64,000 bases of DNA, taken from Bradymonadia bacterium. Its GTDB lineage: Bacteria; Myxococcota_A; Bradymonadia; UBA7976; UBA1532. Made by a program: the position numbers and the translations under genes. How positions within the stretch are numbered: the stretch's first letter is position 1; each line of letters starts with the position of its first letter. Below, piece by piece: positions 1 through 11,289 of the stretch. The notes below the pieces were generated by a model, which was not told the origin of the DNA, searched no databases, and saw only the letters and a list, made by a program, of their open reading frames with translations. The stretch covers positions 320,001-384,000 of the forward strand of contig JBKAGE010000037.1 in the NCBI GenBank assembly GCA_046290225.1, given 5' to 3'.

Positions 1-2760
1 CACGGTGACGCCACGGCCACAGGCGCCGGCCAGCTCGGTCTCACAGCGGGCGCCTACACCGGGTACACCGTCGTCAGTGGCGCCGTTGCAGTTGTTGTCC
101 ACCCCGTCACAGACCTCGTCGCTGGGCAGCACCTGGCCTTCACAGGCACCCCACTCACCGGCCACACAGGCCTGAGAGCCGCGGACACACACACCGACCC
201 CGACCAGCTCGGCTTCGCCGTCGAAGCAGGCTCGAGCGAGGCCCTCGTCCACCTGACCGTCACAGTCGTTGTCGAGGCCGTCGCAGACCTCTGCCTGCAC
301 ATCGGGCTGCACCACGGGCTCGCACCGGAGACCCGCGGGGCCAGCACACACCTGGCGGCCCTCACCACAGATGCCCTGCAGCTCGGTCTGGCAGGCATCG
401 CCGGCACCCTGAGGCGTCTCGTCGGTGGTGCCGTCACAATCGTTGTCGAGGCCGTCGCACAGCTCGGCGGCAGGCAACACCTGACCGGCACATGCGCCCC
501 AGTTCCCGGCATTGCAAGTGAGCACGCCGCCGGCGCACAGGCCCACGCCAGCTGTGCCCTCAGGGCCCTCGTAGCACCCTTGGAGCAGTGCCTCGTCGAT
601 GGCGCCGTCACAATCTTCGTCGCGGTTGTCACAGGTCTCTTCGATCTGACCGGGGCCCACCTCGCCACGGCAGCTCAAGCCGCCGGCGCCCTCACAAATC
701 TGAATGCCCGGCGCGCAGACACCCGGCTGCCCGGTGTTGCATGCCGCGCCGGCGCCTGCAGGGGCATCATCAGCGACCCCATCGCAATCGTTGTCGAGGC
801 CGTCACAGATCTCGGCGCTGGGCAGCACCTGACCCTCGCAGGCACCCCACTCACCGGCGCCACAGGCCTGAGTGCCCCCTGCACACACGCCCACTCCGGC
901 GGTGCCATCAGGGCCGTCGTAGCAGCCCCGGTCGAGGTTCTCGTCGACGACGGCGTCGCAGTCTTCGTCACGGTTGTCGCAGGTTTCGGCGCGCTGGCCG
1001 GGCTGGCTCGTGGGCTGACAGGACATGCCCGCAGCGCCACGGCACCGCATCACCCCGTCATCGCAGATGCCCGGCAGCTGAGTGCGGCAGTCGTCACCCT
1101 CACCGATGATGTTCTCGTCGATGTCGCCATCACAGTCGTTGTCGATGCCGTCGCACAGCTCTGCCTCGGCGGTGATGGCGCAGATGTAGTCGTCACAGGC
1201 GTCGCCGATGCCATCGCCATCCGCGTCGATCTGATCTGCGTTGGCTACAGCGGGGCAGTTGTCACAGGGATCACCCACGCCATCGCCGTCGCCGTCCGGG
1301 ACCTCACCAGCAATGTTCGGGCAGAGATCGCAGGCGTCGCCGACCCCATCGCCATCTGCGTCTGCTTGATCAGGGTTGGGGATCGGGCAGTTGTCACACT
1401 GATCACCTGCGCCATCGCCGTCCGCGTCGGCCTGATCCGGGTTGGGGATACCAGGGCAGACGTCGATGTCGTCACAGATGTCGTCGCGATCGGCGTCGAT
1501 GCAGGCGGCGCCGATGGAGCGCTGCATGATCAACAGCGCATAGGCCTGCTCGGCGTAAGTGTTCCAGCGAGGGTTGCCTCCATGGTTGAAGAGGCCGTTG
1601 GCGCCCTGCTGGCTCATCAGTGTGTAGGCATAGTCGTAGTACCAGCCCGGCTCTTCACCAGAGTAGTAGCCAGCGCCTTCAGCGCCCCGGCTGGGCACTC
1701 GCGGATCAGCCTCGGGGTTCCGGCGGGCCAGGCGGCTGCCCTGGGCGGCGAGGGCACCGATGTCGGCCGGCGTGATGCTGCCCGCGTTGGGCGCCACCCC
1801 ACCATCTTCGAGGATGCTGTACCCCTTCGCCGTGGCCCACATGTAGTAGTAGTAAGCTTGACGCCAGCTGTTATAGGCGGCGTCGATGCTCGTGTAGTTG
1901 TAGATGTTCTGTTGCCAGCCCAGACCCCCCTGGATGGTGGGGTGGTTCAGGTCGAAGTCACCGAGCAGCGAACACCACAACAGCGAGCCGGTCTGCTGAT
2001 AGCTCGATCCGTAGCTGCCCGCGCGATAGCCGAACCCGCCGTCTGCGTTCTGGTAGCGGCTGTACATCGCCGCGGTGCGACCCAGAGCGGTGACGATGTT
2101 GGCGAGGCGCCCACCCCGATCGCCCAGGCGGCTGTAGTAGCCACGTGCAGCGGCGAGGCCTGCAGCAGCGAACTGGGTGGTGGAGGAGTCCGTCTTGGGG
2201 CTGGTGTTGGGGTTGTAGCCCCAGAAACCATCGTAGTTGCCGCCGATTTGCTGAGCGGCGAGGGTCTCGTCCACCAGCTTGTCGATGGCGCCACTCACCG
2301 TGTAGTTGGCCCCGACGTCATCAGGGCCGCCGGTCTCGGCGAAGAGGGACAGGGTCATGAGGGCCTGCCCATGGCAATATGCGTAGAAAGACCGACTGAC
2401 ACCGCAGCTGTTGTTGTTGATCATGCTGCGCAGGCCCGTGATCACCAGGGCCTGGTCATCAGGGCTCAACACATTGTAGCCCTGCTCTCCGTTGGCGCCT
2501 GATTGCTCCATGAGGGCCAGCAGCGCCAACCCTCGACCCCGCTGACGATCGCTCGTCTCCTGGGTGAAGGCGTTGGTGTCGCGCAGATATTGAATACCCG
2601 CCTCGATGGAGGCGTTCACATCTTGCTCGAAGGGTGAGAGCACTTGACCGAAGGACGGCCCGGTGCCCAAGACGGTCAACCCGAAGATCAACCCGGTGAG
2701 GGTGAACCCTCGGAAACGACCAACAAAACGACCGGTCTTGTGCTGCACGTTCATCCCCAT
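1..2760 (-). CDS. Large secreted/surface protein (runs off window start): prenyltransferase-like helical domain + thrombospondin type-3 repeats + MopE-related Cys repeats
   Basis: Absent from the ORF track. Spot-translated by hand: GGAGG then ATG at 2760, signal-like [29 protein letters not shown] and QQGANGLF motifs, [17 protein letters not shown] repeats (~1200-1500), E-x-C-D-G-x-D-N-D-C-D-G-type repeats (70-1160). Confidence 0.85.
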   Translation of the reverse strand, partial: MGMNVQHKTGRFVGRFRGFTLTGLIFGLTVLGTGPSFGQVLSPFEQDVNASIEAGIQYLRDTNAFTQETSDRQRGRGLALLALMEQSGANGEQGYNVLSPDDQALVITGLRSMINNNSCGVSRSFYAYCHGQALMTLSLFAETGGPDDVGANYTVSGAIDKLVDETLAAQQIGGNYDGFWGYNPNTSPKTDSSTTQFAAAGLAAARGYYSRLGDRGGRLANIVTALGRTAAMYSRYQNADGGFGYRAGSYGSSYQQTGSLLWCSLLGDFDLNHPTIQGGLGWQQNIYNYTSIDAAYNSWRQAYYYYMWATAKGYSILEDGGVAPNAGSITPADIGALAAQGSRLARRNPEADPRVPSRGAEGAGYYSGEEPGWYYDYAYTLMSQQGANGLFNHGGNPRWNTYAEQAYALLIMQRSIGAACIDADRDDICDDIDVCPGIPNPDQADADGDGAGDQCDNCPIPNPDQADADGDGVGDACDLCPNIAGEVPDGDGDGVGDPCDNCPAVANADQIDADGDGIGDACDDYICAITAEAELCDGIDNDCDGDIDENIIGEGDDCRTQLPGICDDGVMRCRGAAGMSCQPTSQPGQRAETCDNRDEDCDAVVDENLDRGCYDGPDGTAGVGVCAGGTQACGAGEWGACEGQVLPSAEICDGLDNDCDGVADDAPAGAGAACNTGQPGVCAPGIQICEGAGGLSCRGEVGPGQIEETCDNRDEDCDGAIDEALLQGCYEGPEGTAGVGLCAGGVLTCNAGNWGACAGQVLPAAELCDGLDNDCDGTTDETPQGAGDACQTELQGICGEGRQVCAGPAGLRCEPVVQPDVQAEVCDGLDNDCDGQVDEGLARACFDGEAELVGVGVCVRGSQACVAGEWGACEGQVLPSDEVCDGVDNNCNGATDDGVPGVGARCETELAGACGRGVTV
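70..1160 (-). repeat. Seven intragenic Cys-rich repeats, ~175-bp period (MopE-related)
   Basis: [84 protein letters not shown]. Confidence 0.85.
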
Positions 2761-3039
2761 GAGTCGGCACCTCCCAGCCAGAGAGGTTAGCCTGCGCTCA
2801 TGCTCGGCAGCAACGGTCACATCATGCGCAAGGGTAGTCTCAATGGGTAGTTCTCACGACACCCCATTGTGCTCAACAACACACATCAAACACCACAAGC
2901 ATCTGAATTTATTCCACTTCGAGTCACCACCGCCCAATTCCCCACTGTGCTCATTTGAAGCAATGGAACCAGACCGGTTGTTCAAATGGCCCACTCTGAA
3001 CCGCGGGGGGTCATTTTTGACCCCGCTGCCCGTAAAGCT

Positions 3040-3900
3040 TCAGCGGTGTCCGGGGAAGGGTGAAGGCGAGCCGGGAGGCGGAGGCGCGAAGGCTGTGGGG
3101 CGCCTGATCTGCACACCACGGGCGATGAGGCCTTCTCGATCGTCGTAGTACACCGCCAGCAGGGCCTCCGGGCGCTGGGCGTCAGCGCGCACAAAGGGCA
3201 CCTCTACGGCATGATCGACCACGCCGTGGCCATACTGTGTGCCGATGTTCTGGCGACGACGGGCGGGCATCGGCTCCGCAGCTGCGACATCTTCAGCTTC
3301 CTGAGCCATATCGCCGAAGCCTGGCGTCGGTGCGGGGGCGATCTTGTGGGCCATGGGCTGCACCTTCTCTCTGAAGATCGCCGCGCCGATGACCCCGATG
3401 TGCTGGGGAGAGCCCATCCGACCGGCATAGCTGTCACCAGGGGCGGTGAAGCGGAAACTGGCCACCTCGCTCCAGTTCTTTCTGAAGCCGCGCACATCGA
3501 CGTGGCCATATGGCTCGATGATGTAGCCCCGCTGGGCGGCGAAGTCGCCGACCTGCCCGCTGATCACGTCTCGACCATCGACGGTGATGACCGCCTCGAC
3601 GCGCTGAGCCGTGGGGTTGCTGATGCGCACACTGTAGCCCTGGCCCGACATGCCCTCGACATAGGTCACACCTTGATGCTGGTAAGTGGGCAGAGCACCC
3701 CCGCCATTGTGGTTCACGCTGAGAGACCACGGTCCCACCTGGCTCGGGGCGCCATGGCCGCTGCTCGGGGGCTGAATCAGCGGCTGGCTGCTGTCGATGG
3801 TGCAGCCTGTCGCGAGCGTCAGCGCGAGGCTGAGGGAGAGCAGGCCCTTGATCGAAAGGCCTGTACCGAGGGTGGATGAGCGGGGATGTGTGTCGTGCAT
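3040..3900 (-). CDS. Hypothetical lipoprotein
   Basis: Lipobox-like LATGC, GGAGG upstream, globular-looking core VEAVITVDGRDVISG..GVIGAAIF. Confidence 0.75.
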   Translation of the reverse strand: MHDTHPRSSTLGTGLSIKGLLSLSLALTLATGCTIDSSQPLIQPPSSGHGAPSQVGPWSLSVNHNGGGALPTYQHQGVTYVEGMSGQGYSVRISNPTAQRVEAVITVDGRDVISGQVGDFAAQRGYIIEPYGHVDVRGFRKNWSEVASFRFTAPGDSYAGRMGSPQHIGVIGAAIFREKVQPMAHKIAPAPTPGFGDMAQEAEDVAAAEPMPARRRQNIGTQYGHGVVDHAVEVPFVRADAQRPEALLAVYYDDREGLIARGVQIRRPTAFAPPPPGSPSPFPGHR

Positions 3901-3992
3901 GCAGTGACCTCCAGTGGAAGAGGTCTACGACGAAGCTGCCTGGAGGATCTCTTGAGGCGGCTTTTTTTGTTCCAGGTTTTTCTTCCAGCGGC

Positions 3993-5936
3993 TTACCGGG
4001 CCACCCGAAAGCCGAGGCCCACCACTCGATCCCGTGGCCCCTCGGGGTTGCGGTAGGTGATCTGTCGCTGGCTCGCTTCGCTGGTGCCGATGGCACCGCC
4101 TCTGCTGAGGCCGAGCAAATTGTGCCGATCGGGCCACAGCCCCTCGCTCAGCTCCGTCCGCCATCGCCTCAATGCAGGGGTCCATTGAGGCACGTAGATG
4201 GGGTACGGCACGTGTGCTGCCCCTGCACGCCACCCCGTGTCGACTACGCCGGGGAAGAACACGCGTCGAGCCCCTGCGGCGATGAACGTGTGAAACACTT
4301 CGGCCATGACGATGGGATGAAAGCTGGCTTTTCGCGGATCGAGGTAGACATAGACCTCGCCGGTCTTGGCAGCGTCGGCCTTGAACCCCAGGCGGGTGCG
4401 CCCATAGGTGGCCTTCTTGGCGAAGGCGAGGGACTTGAAGTGCACACGGACACGCTCGGCGAACCCGTCGGGCATGGCCGCGGGGATCTCGATGGGCTGA
4501 AGCACATAGCGCTTCTGTCCGAGTCGGGGCATGGCGGTGTAGCTCAACCGTACGGGCCGCAGCGGGCCTCGATCGATGGCCCCTCCAGCGTCTGGCCACC
4601 AGGGCTGCTGATCCGTCGGCGCGCCGGTGTAGCTCGATGTGTAGGCGCCGAGCACCCGCTCCCAGGCGTTGCCACTCATGTCACACAGCCCCAAGGGGTT
4701 TTGAGGCGTGCTGCACACTGGCCCGGCAACTGAAAGCGCTGCCGCCCCAGGAGGGATCTTCCCCCCGGCGCCGCGGGCTGCATAGGCCCACTCTGCCTCG
4801 CTGGGCAGTCGCCCCCCGACCCATCGGGCGAAGTCTCGCGACTCTGCCAGGGTCACACAATCCATGGGCCAGTCTGCCTGACCAGCCTGCTGAAAGGCGC
4901 AGCCCTCCGGTAGAGGGTGCGGATCGGCCGGATCTGTCCCAGGCAGCGTGCACGCCCCCTCATCCACACATGCTTGATATTGGCCCACGGTGGTCTCGGT
5001 GCGGGCGAGCTGAAAAGACGCGATGGACACTGCATGTACAGGCCGCTCGTCGAGCTGGCCGTCAGATCGCCCCATGGAGAAGCGGCCGCCTGGGATCGTG
5101 AGCCAGACCACCCCGCCTTTCCCCGCCTCTTCGACCCCCTGCCCACCGAGCATACGCGCCAGCAAGGCCTTGGCTTCCATGGCTCGATGATTGCCGAGGG
5201 GGTGATCGGCATACTGCTTGAGGAACAGCTTCACCGCCTGACGACCCTCAGGGCCACCGGCCCGACCCAGAGGCGCCACTTGCCGCCACTGGGCTTCGAG
5301 GGTTTTTCGGTGGGCCTCAAGGGCCTCGGCTCGGAGGGCTTCTTCTGCAGCCTCGGCGGCACGTCGGGCCGCCTGAAGCCTGCTGAGCTCTGCGAGACGA
5401 TCCCCCATGGTGTCCCGGGTTTCGGGATCTCGCAGGCGATGGCCACCAGGCAGCCCCCTCAAGATCGAGGCGGCGGCACGCTCCAGCGGTACTTCGAGCG
5501 TGTCGACGGTCTTCGCCGATGCTCGAGAAGAGGCCAGCAAGCGCCCCTTCTCGGTCTCGTGGGCCTTCAAGGTAATACGCACAGCACCGCCGAGCCGAAC
5601 CAGCTCGCCAGAGATCACCACATGGGCGCCGACGTTTCGGCCAGTCTCCACCTCGCAGTCTCCCTCACAGGCCGAGAGCTCGGTCCCTGGGGGCAGTGAC
5701 TGCAAGATGTTCTCTCGAGTGAGCACGAACCACTGGGCCCGAGGGAGCCTGAGGGAGGCGCCCCGCACCACGTCGGTGAGATAGGCCCGGGCATCGGCGG
5801 AGAACTCCGGGCCCGCCTTCAGCTCGAGGACCGCCAGCCGTTTGGCCCCTTCGGGAGACGCCTGAGCGACGGACACGGCGCCTGTCACCCACGCCACCAT
5901 GCAAAGGTTCACTGTCCAGAAGAGCTGTCTCCTCAT
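3993..5936 (-). CDS. Secreted formylglycine-generating enzyme (SUMF1/FGE-sulfatase) domain protein with large insertion
   Basis: Signal peptide, then IPGGRFSMG, RLPSEAEWAYAARG, GLCDMSGNAWE and terminal LGFRVAR. Start at 5936 is inferred (the ORF extends to 5981). Confidence 0.8.
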   Translation of the reverse strand: MRRQLFWTVNLCMVAWVTGAVSVAQASPEGAKRLAVLELKAGPEFSADARAYLTDVVRGASLRLPRAQWFVLTRENILQSLPPGTELSACEGDCEVETGRNVGAHVVISGELVRLGGAVRITLKAHETEKGRLLASSRASAKTVDTLEVPLERAAASILRGLPGGHRLRDPETRDTMGDRLAELSRLQAARRAAEAAEEALRAEALEAHRKTLEAQWRQVAPLGRAGGPEGRQAVKLFLKQYADHPLGNHRAMEAKALLARMLGGQGVEEAGKGGVVWLTIPGGRFSMGRSDGQLDERPVHAVSIASFQLARTETTVGQYQACVDEGACTLPGTDPADPHPLPEGCAFQQAGQADWPMDCVTLAESRDFARWVGGRLPSEAEWAYAARGAGGKIPPGAAALSVAGPVCSTPQNPLGLCDMSGNAWERVLGAYTSSYTGAPTDQQPWWPDAGGAIDRGPLRPVRLSYTAMPRLGQKRYVLQPIEIPAAMPDGFAERVRVHFKSLAFAKKATYGRTRLGFKADAAKTGEVYVYLDPRKASFHPIVMAEVFHTFIAAGARRVFFPGVVDTGWRAGAAHVPYPIYVPQWTPALRRWRTELSEGLWPDRHNLLGLSRGGAIGTSEASQRQITYRNPEGPRDRVVGLGFRVAR

Positions 5937-6007
5937 CCTTCTCCGTCTTCCTCCCGTGTGCGACTGCAGGGCGCCCTGCAAAGGGCAGGCCTGGCAGCAT
6001 CATCAGG

Positions 6008-9000
6008 ATGATCCTCGAAGGGGTCGTCGACGAAGTGTGTCGATTTCGCCACATCTGTCTCAGAATCACTACGGTCCCTTGGATACACAGGCCGATTCAT
6101 GGAAACATCTGCGCATCTCGAGAGAGTACATCGCATGATCAAACGTATGCGCGAGCTGTCCATCTCAGAAGAGTCGAGAGATTGATCGAGATCCTCCAGT
6201 ACGACATCCCACTGTTCGGGGCCATCATCACCCTGGCTCTGGGCTGTGGTCATCTCGTTTTTCGGGAAGCCCGCGGCGCCAGTCGCCTCGCGGGCGGCCT
6301 CGCTCTCGGTGTGTCGTTTACGCTGTTCATCACACACCGCATGGTGAACACCCCGGTCTCGAGCCCTGAAGAGGCGAAGATGTGGGCACAGCTCGGGGGA
6401 CTGATGTTCCCTGTCATGGCCCTGGGTTTTCACTTTGTGTGGCGCTGGACCCGACACACAGCTCGGGCAGGCATCGATTGGGTGCTCGTGGCGGTGTACG
6501 GCGCCGCCTCTGCCCTGATGGTGTTCCACGGGCAGCGTTTGCTGGGCACCTTGTATCTCCTCGACGGACACTGGCGCCTCGGCCTCACGGGCCAGTGGAC
6601 CGACATCCTGTTCCTGGGCTGGATGCTGGGCCTGCCCGCAGCCTGGACCTTCATCATCGCCCGAGCGCACTTTGACGACAGGGCTCAGAAGGGTTTCGAT
6701 CGCACCGCGGTCCTGCTCTGCAGCACGATCACCCCCGCCCTCGTGTTGGGCATGGACGCCATCCCTGCCCTCCTCGGCCACCATCAAGTGTGGGCCGCAC
6801 CCGTCATCGTCACGCTGGGGGCCTCTTGTTTGCTCTTCGCAGTCGGTGAAGGCGCCTCTCCGGAGGATGCCCTCGTGCATCAGCACAACGCCCGTCGAAC
6901 CTTGGATGCCCTCTCAGAGGGGGTGATCACCACCACGCCCAACGGCACGATCACCTATGTGAACCCGGCGCTGTGCCGTCTCACGGGCCGCAGCGGCCGA
7001 CACCACGTGGGCCAGCACATCAACACCCTGTTCGATCCCAATGCCCCGGTACATCGCGCCGATCTCGCTCGACAGGCGAACGGCGGCGAGAGCCAGATGT
7101 TCAGCGCCTATCGGCTGCTGGCCCCTGGGGGCATGCGAGAGGTCCAGCTGAGCTGGTCTGCCCTCGGCGAGGGCGAAGAAGGCCTCATCTTCAGCATCAC
7201 GCCGCTCTCGAGCGCCCGCCAGGGCCTGCTCACCCTCATGGGGCACGTCCCCGTGGGCGTGGCGCTCTCCTCAGGTGACAGCATTCAGTTCGCCAACCAG
7301 GCCTTCGCCCAGCTGACGGGCATTGATCGAGATGCCTTGCTGGGGCTCAACCCGCGGGCGCTGATCTACCCCCCGGATCTGAAACTCTTCGACGAAGAGG
7401 GCCAGGAAGACACCATCAACAACGCGCGCCATTACGCCCTGAGAGTTCAACGGGCCAACGGAGAGCTGCGATGGGTCGACTTGATGGTGAGCGATCTGTT
7501 CTTCGATGGTGATCTCATCCGCATCCTCACCTTCGTCGACATCAACCGTCGCGCCCTGGCAGAGCAGGAGCGCGCGCAGTCCGAGGCGAAGGTCAGAGCG
7601 CTCATCGAGAACACCAGTGACGCCATCTGGTCCGTCGACCGGGATATGCGTGTGGTGACGTACAACACCGCCTGTGAGCGCCTCTTCAGCCACCTCTACC
7701 CTCACCGCATCGAGACGGGTCGGGATCTCGTGAGCATCGCCCCCGAGAGCGATCAACACATGATGCGCGTGGTCTATACGCGAGTCTTGAGCGGAGAGCG
7801 CCTGACCCTGCAACACGAGTGGCTCATCGAAGGCGAAACGGCGTACTACCAATGTGCCTTCAACCCGATCTTGAACGATCAGGGCGAGGTGGTGGGGGTC
7901 ACGGTCTTCGCTCGCGATCACACCGACGCCTGGCAACGCGAAGAAGAGCTGCGCCGCGCCCGGGACACGGCGGAGAAGGCCACAGAAGCCAAGAGCATGT
8001 TCCTGGCCACCATGAGCCACGAGATCAGGACCCCCCTCAACGGGGTCATCGGCATCGCCTCTCTCCTCGAGGACACCCTCGCCCCTCGGGGTACGCCTCT
8101 GCCCGAAGCCCCTGCTCTCGGCGCAGAGCAGCGTGACTATGTGGAGATCATCCGCCGAAGTGGTGAAACGCTGCTGGCGTTGATCAACGACATCCTCGAC
8201 TTTTCCAAGATCGAAGCCCAGGCGGTGGAGCTCGAGGCTCAACCCTTCACCCTCGAGACCTGCATCAACGATGGCCTCGACCTGCTGGCGCCCCAAGCAC
8301 GGGCCCGTGGGGTGGAGCTCATGTCGTGTGTCGACTATGGGGTGCCCCAGCGGGTCGTCGGCGACGTCACGCGCCTTCGGCAAGTGCTGGTGAATCTGCT
8401 GAGCAATGCGGTGAAGTTCACGGAGCAGGGGGCGGTGACGGTGCGGGTCACCGAACTGGACGCCAACCGGCTCCGCTTTGCGGTGGAAGATACGGGCATC
8501 GGCATCCCCGCCGATCGCCTCGATCGGCTCTTTCAGCCCTTCAGCCAGGTCGACACCTCAACCACTCGACGATTTGGAGGTACAGGCCTGGGCCTCGCCA
8601 TTTGCGATCACCTCGTCTCGCTCATGGGGGGCAAGCTGCAGGTCCGCAGTGTCGAAGGCCAGGGCTCGTGCTTCTTCTTCGACGCCGATCTACCCCCAGT
8701 ACAGAAGACACCTCGCCCTTCAGGGGCGCATACCTCAGGCGAGTATGCACCGTCGTCTTTGATCCGGGGTCGACTCGTCGCGGTCCATCACCCCAACGCG
8801 CTGGTTCAGCAACTGCTCATCGACCAGATCCACGCCTGGGGCATGGTGGGCGGGCCATTGGGCACCTTCCCCACGGGACCCGACGTGGTCCTCACCTCCG
8901 ACCAGCATGCTCTGCCCCCATCTGCCACCCGGTATCCCACGCTGACCATCGTGGATCCCACGCCGGGTAAACGCACCACGACGCGCCAGATCGTGCGGCC

Positions 9001-9523
9001 CCTGAAGCCCCAGGGCCTGCTCGACGGGCTGACCACGGTGCTCCTCGGCGACGCCCTCGCCGGGCCGAGCATGGCCTCTGCTGCACCCAGGCGGAGCTCG
9101 GCTCACCTCCCCACTCACCTGAAGGTGCTGCTGGTGGAGGACAACGCCGTGAACCAGAAGGTCGCGATCCGCCATCTCGCCCGCTGGGGTTTGAATGCCG
9201 ATCTCGCCGCCGACGGCGTCGAAGCGCTCGAGGCGATGTCGCTGCGCCGCTACGACGTGGTGCTGATGGATGTTCAGATGCCCCACATGGACGGCCTGGA
9301 AGCCACCCAGAGGATCCGCGCCCGTGGGGGCCACCAGCCATACATCATCGCCATGACCGCCAACGCCCTCGATGGTGATCGGGAGCGCTGCCTCGCTGTG
9401 GGCATGAACGACTACCTCAGCAAGCCAGTGCGACCTGCGATCCTGTTGCGGGCCCTGACTCAAGGGGCCAGGCAAGCGCTGCATCGGCAAGCGGCCACCA
9501 GCACCCCTCCGGACGTCACCTGA
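6008..9523 (+). CDS. Membrane hybrid sensor histidine kinase (TM region, PAS x3, HisKA, HATPase, REC)
   Basis: [54 protein letters not shown]. True start probably downstream (TTG ~6182). Confidence 0.92.
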   Translation: MILEGVVDEVCRFRHICLRITTVPWIHRPIHGNICASRESTSHDQTYARAVHLRRVERLIEILQYDIPLFGAIITLALGCGHLVFREARGASRLAGGLALGVSFTLFITHRMVNTPVSSPEEAKMWAQLGGLMFPVMALGFHFVWRWTRHTARAGIDWVLVAVYGAASALMVFHGQRLLGTLYLLDGHWRLGLTGQWTDILFLGWMLGLPAAWTFIIARAHFDDRAQKGFDRTAVLLCSTITPALVLGMDAIPALLGHHQVWAAPVIVTLGASCLLFAVGEGASPEDALVHQHNARRTLDALSEGVITTTPNGTITYVNPALCRLTGRSGRHHVGQHINTLFDPNAPVHRADLARQANGGESQMFSAYRLLAPGGMREVQLSWSALGEGEEGLIFSITPLSSARQGLLTLMGHVPVGVALSSGDSIQFANQAFAQLTGIDRDALLGLNPRALIYPPDLKLFDEEGQEDTINNARHYALRVQRANGELRWVDLMVSDLFFDGDLIRILTFVDINRRALAEQERAQSEAKVRALIENTSDAIWSVDRDMRVVTYNTACERLFSHLYPHRIETGRDLVSIAPESDQHMMRVVYTRVLSGERLTLQHEWLIEGETAYYQCAFNPILNDQGEVVGVTVFARDHTDAWQREEELRRARDTAEKATEAKSMFLATMSHEIRTPLNGVIGIASLLEDTLAPRGTPLPEAPALGAEQRDYVEIIRRSGETLLALINDILDFSKIEAQAVELEAQPFTLETCINDGLDLLAPQARARGVELMSCVDYGVPQRVVGDVTRLRQVLVNLLSNAVKFTEQGAVTVRVTELDANRLRFAVEDTGIGIPADRLDRLFQPFSQVDTSTTRRFGGTGLGLAICDHLVSLMGGKLQVRSVEGQGSCFFFDADLPPVQKTPRPSGAHTSGEYAPSSLIRGRLVAVHHPNALVQQLLIDQIHAWGMVGGPLGTFPTGPDVVLTSDQHALPPSATRYPTLTIVDPTPGKRTTTRQIVRPLKPQGLLDGLTTVLLGDALAGPSMASAAPRRSSAHLPTHLKVLLVEDNAVNQKVAIRHLARWGLNADLAADGVEALEAMSLRRYDVVLMDVQMPHMDGLEATQRIRARGGHQPYIIAMTANALDGDRERCLAVGMNDYLSKPVRPAILLRALTQGARQALHRQAATSTPPDVT

Positions 9524-10761
9524 TGCCCCACGCTCTGCAGAGAACCTCTCCCCTGCTGTTTCGCTCGATGTCTCTTCGCCTCGCTGTGTGGGCGATGTGC
9601 CTCACAGCCTGTGGCGGCACCAGAACCAAAGACGCCCCGAGCACATCGTCCACAGTGGTGATTTTGTCTCTCGACGGGTTCCGCTACGACTACCCCGAAA
9701 AGACTGAGACCCCTCACATCGACCGCATCGCCGCCGAGGGTGTGCGCGTGGGGCGCCTGGTGCCGCCCTTCCCCAGTCAGACCTTCGTGGGCCACGCCAC
9801 TCTGGCCACTGGGGTCTCTCCGGATCGACACGGCATTTTGAACAACAAGTTCAAGAGTCGCCAGCGGGGGCCCTACATGATGGCCGACGACGTCACCTGG
9901 TACGATCAGGTGCCTCTCTGGATATATGCGCAGAGCAAGGGGGTGCGCAGCCATGTCTATCATTGGGTGGGCAGCGCCGGCAGCTATCACGGCGTAGAGC
10001 CTGCCTTCTGGCGTCACTTCGACAAATCGATCACCGATGACGAGAAGATCGACACCATCATCGGCTGGCTCGAAGGCCCTGAAGCGGCCCGACCGGGGCT
10101 GGTCATGAGCTATCTGCACGGGTGTGATCACGCCGGCCACGTGCACGGCCCCGACAGCGCTGAAGTCACCGCATGTGTCGCCGAAGTCGACGCCCGCCTC
10201 GGACGCCTCATGGCCACCATCGAAGGGCGAAGCGAGCCCATCACCCTCATGGTGGTCTCCGATCACGGCATGATGAAGACCCGGGGCATCATCGACGTGG
10301 CGGCTCACTTCAAGTCGGCCATGGGCGATGCCGCCGAGGTCATCGCCGTGGGCCCTGTGGCCCATGTCTATCTGAAGCGCCCCGAAGATCTCGCCACCGC
10401 TGAAACTGCAGCCTCTGGCCTCGAGCATGTCACCGTCCACCGCCGTGGCGCCGTGCCGAAGGCGCTGCGCTACGATCATCCGGACCGCACGGGTGATCTC
10501 GTGCTGGTGGCCCCCTTTGGGCACCGCTTCAGCCACAAGCCGCTGCCCGGCCACCATGGCCACCACCCCGATCATCCGGAGATGAGCGCCATCTTCTTTG
10601 CCTGGGGCCATGGTGTCGCCAGAGGCGCTGAGGTCCCTCTGGCGAAATCACTCGATCTGTTCCCCACTGCATGTGCCCTCATGGGCTTGCAGCCACCTGC
10701 CGAAGTCGAAGGCAAGGTCCCGGAAGGCATGCTCGAGTTGCCTGCGGGAATATCGAACTGA
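9523..10761 (+). CDS. Alkaline phosphatase superfamily nucleotide pyrophosphatase/phosphodiesterase lipoprotein
   Basis: SLDGFR, PSQTFVGH, DHAGH, SDHGM, GHHG motifs and a lipobox. Confidence 0.9.
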   Translation: MPHALQRTSPLLFRSMSLRLAVWAMCLTACGGTRTKDAPSTSSTVVILSLDGFRYDYPEKTETPHIDRIAAEGVRVGRLVPPFPSQTFVGHATLATGVSPDRHGILNNKFKSRQRGPYMMADDVTWYDQVPLWIYAQSKGVRSHVYHWVGSAGSYHGVEPAFWRHFDKSITDDEKIDTIIGWLEGPEAARPGLVMSYLHGCDHAGHVHGPDSAEVTACVAEVDARLGRLMATIEGRSEPITLMVVSDHGMMKTRGIIDVAAHFKSAMGDAAEVIAVGPVAHVYLKRPEDLATAETAASGLEHVTVHRRGAVPKALRYDHPDRTGDLVLVAPFGHRFSHKPLPGHHGHHPDHPEMSAIFFAWGHGVARGAEVPLAKSLDLFPTACALMGLQPPAEVEGKVPEGMLELPAGISN

Positions 10762-10842
10762 CAGAGGCGTCTTGATCATCAGGCCGCGTGTCACCATGCT
10801 TCTCAGGACGCCCTGATCGGGCACTTCAGGAGGAAGAGGGTC

Positions 10843-11289
10843 GTGTTCACAGTGCGTGGGCTCAATGGAACGATGTTGGGGATGGTTTTGCTCTCGCTGT
10901 TCACCCTCACCGGATGTGGTGGCGGTCAGCAGGTGATCATGGGTCGAGTCGTGAACCCTCAGGGCGCCCCCGTGACGCGGGCCGAGGTGAGCACCGAGCC
11001 GCCGACCGACATCGTGCTCACCAACACCAAGGGCATCTTCAGCATTCGTCAGATCATCATGGACGATGGCGGCGTCGAGCCCCTCGAGACGGGCCGATAT
11101 GTGGTGACGGTCCGCCAGCTGGGTTTCGATGATCTGGAGGTCGAGGTGGATTATGACGGCGGCACGGTGAAACTGCCGGAGCTCGAGCTCATCCCCAAGG
11201 GTATGGATATTTCGCCGACGGCGCCTGATCCCACCCAGGAGTTCAGGGTCGACCCCGACAACCCCGCCCCCCCCGTGCAAGGCACTTGA
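10843..11289 (+). CDS. Carboxypeptidase regulatory-like domain lipoprotein
   Basis: LTGC lipobox, GRVVNPQGAPV..TNTKGIF..GRYVVTV pattern. Confidence 0.7.
   Translation: MFTVRGLNGTMLGMVLLSLFTLTGCGGGQQVIMGRVVNPQGAPVTRAEVSTEPPTDIVLTNTKGIFSIRQIIMDDGGVEPLETGRYVVTVRQLGFDDLEVEVDYDGGTVKLPELELIPKGMDISPTAPDPTQEFRVDPDNPAPPVQGT

Noticed and set aside
580..2502. 640-aa + strand ORF
   Set aside because: Antisense shadow of the minus-strand repeat protein, with Val/Ala-rich composition and no motifs.
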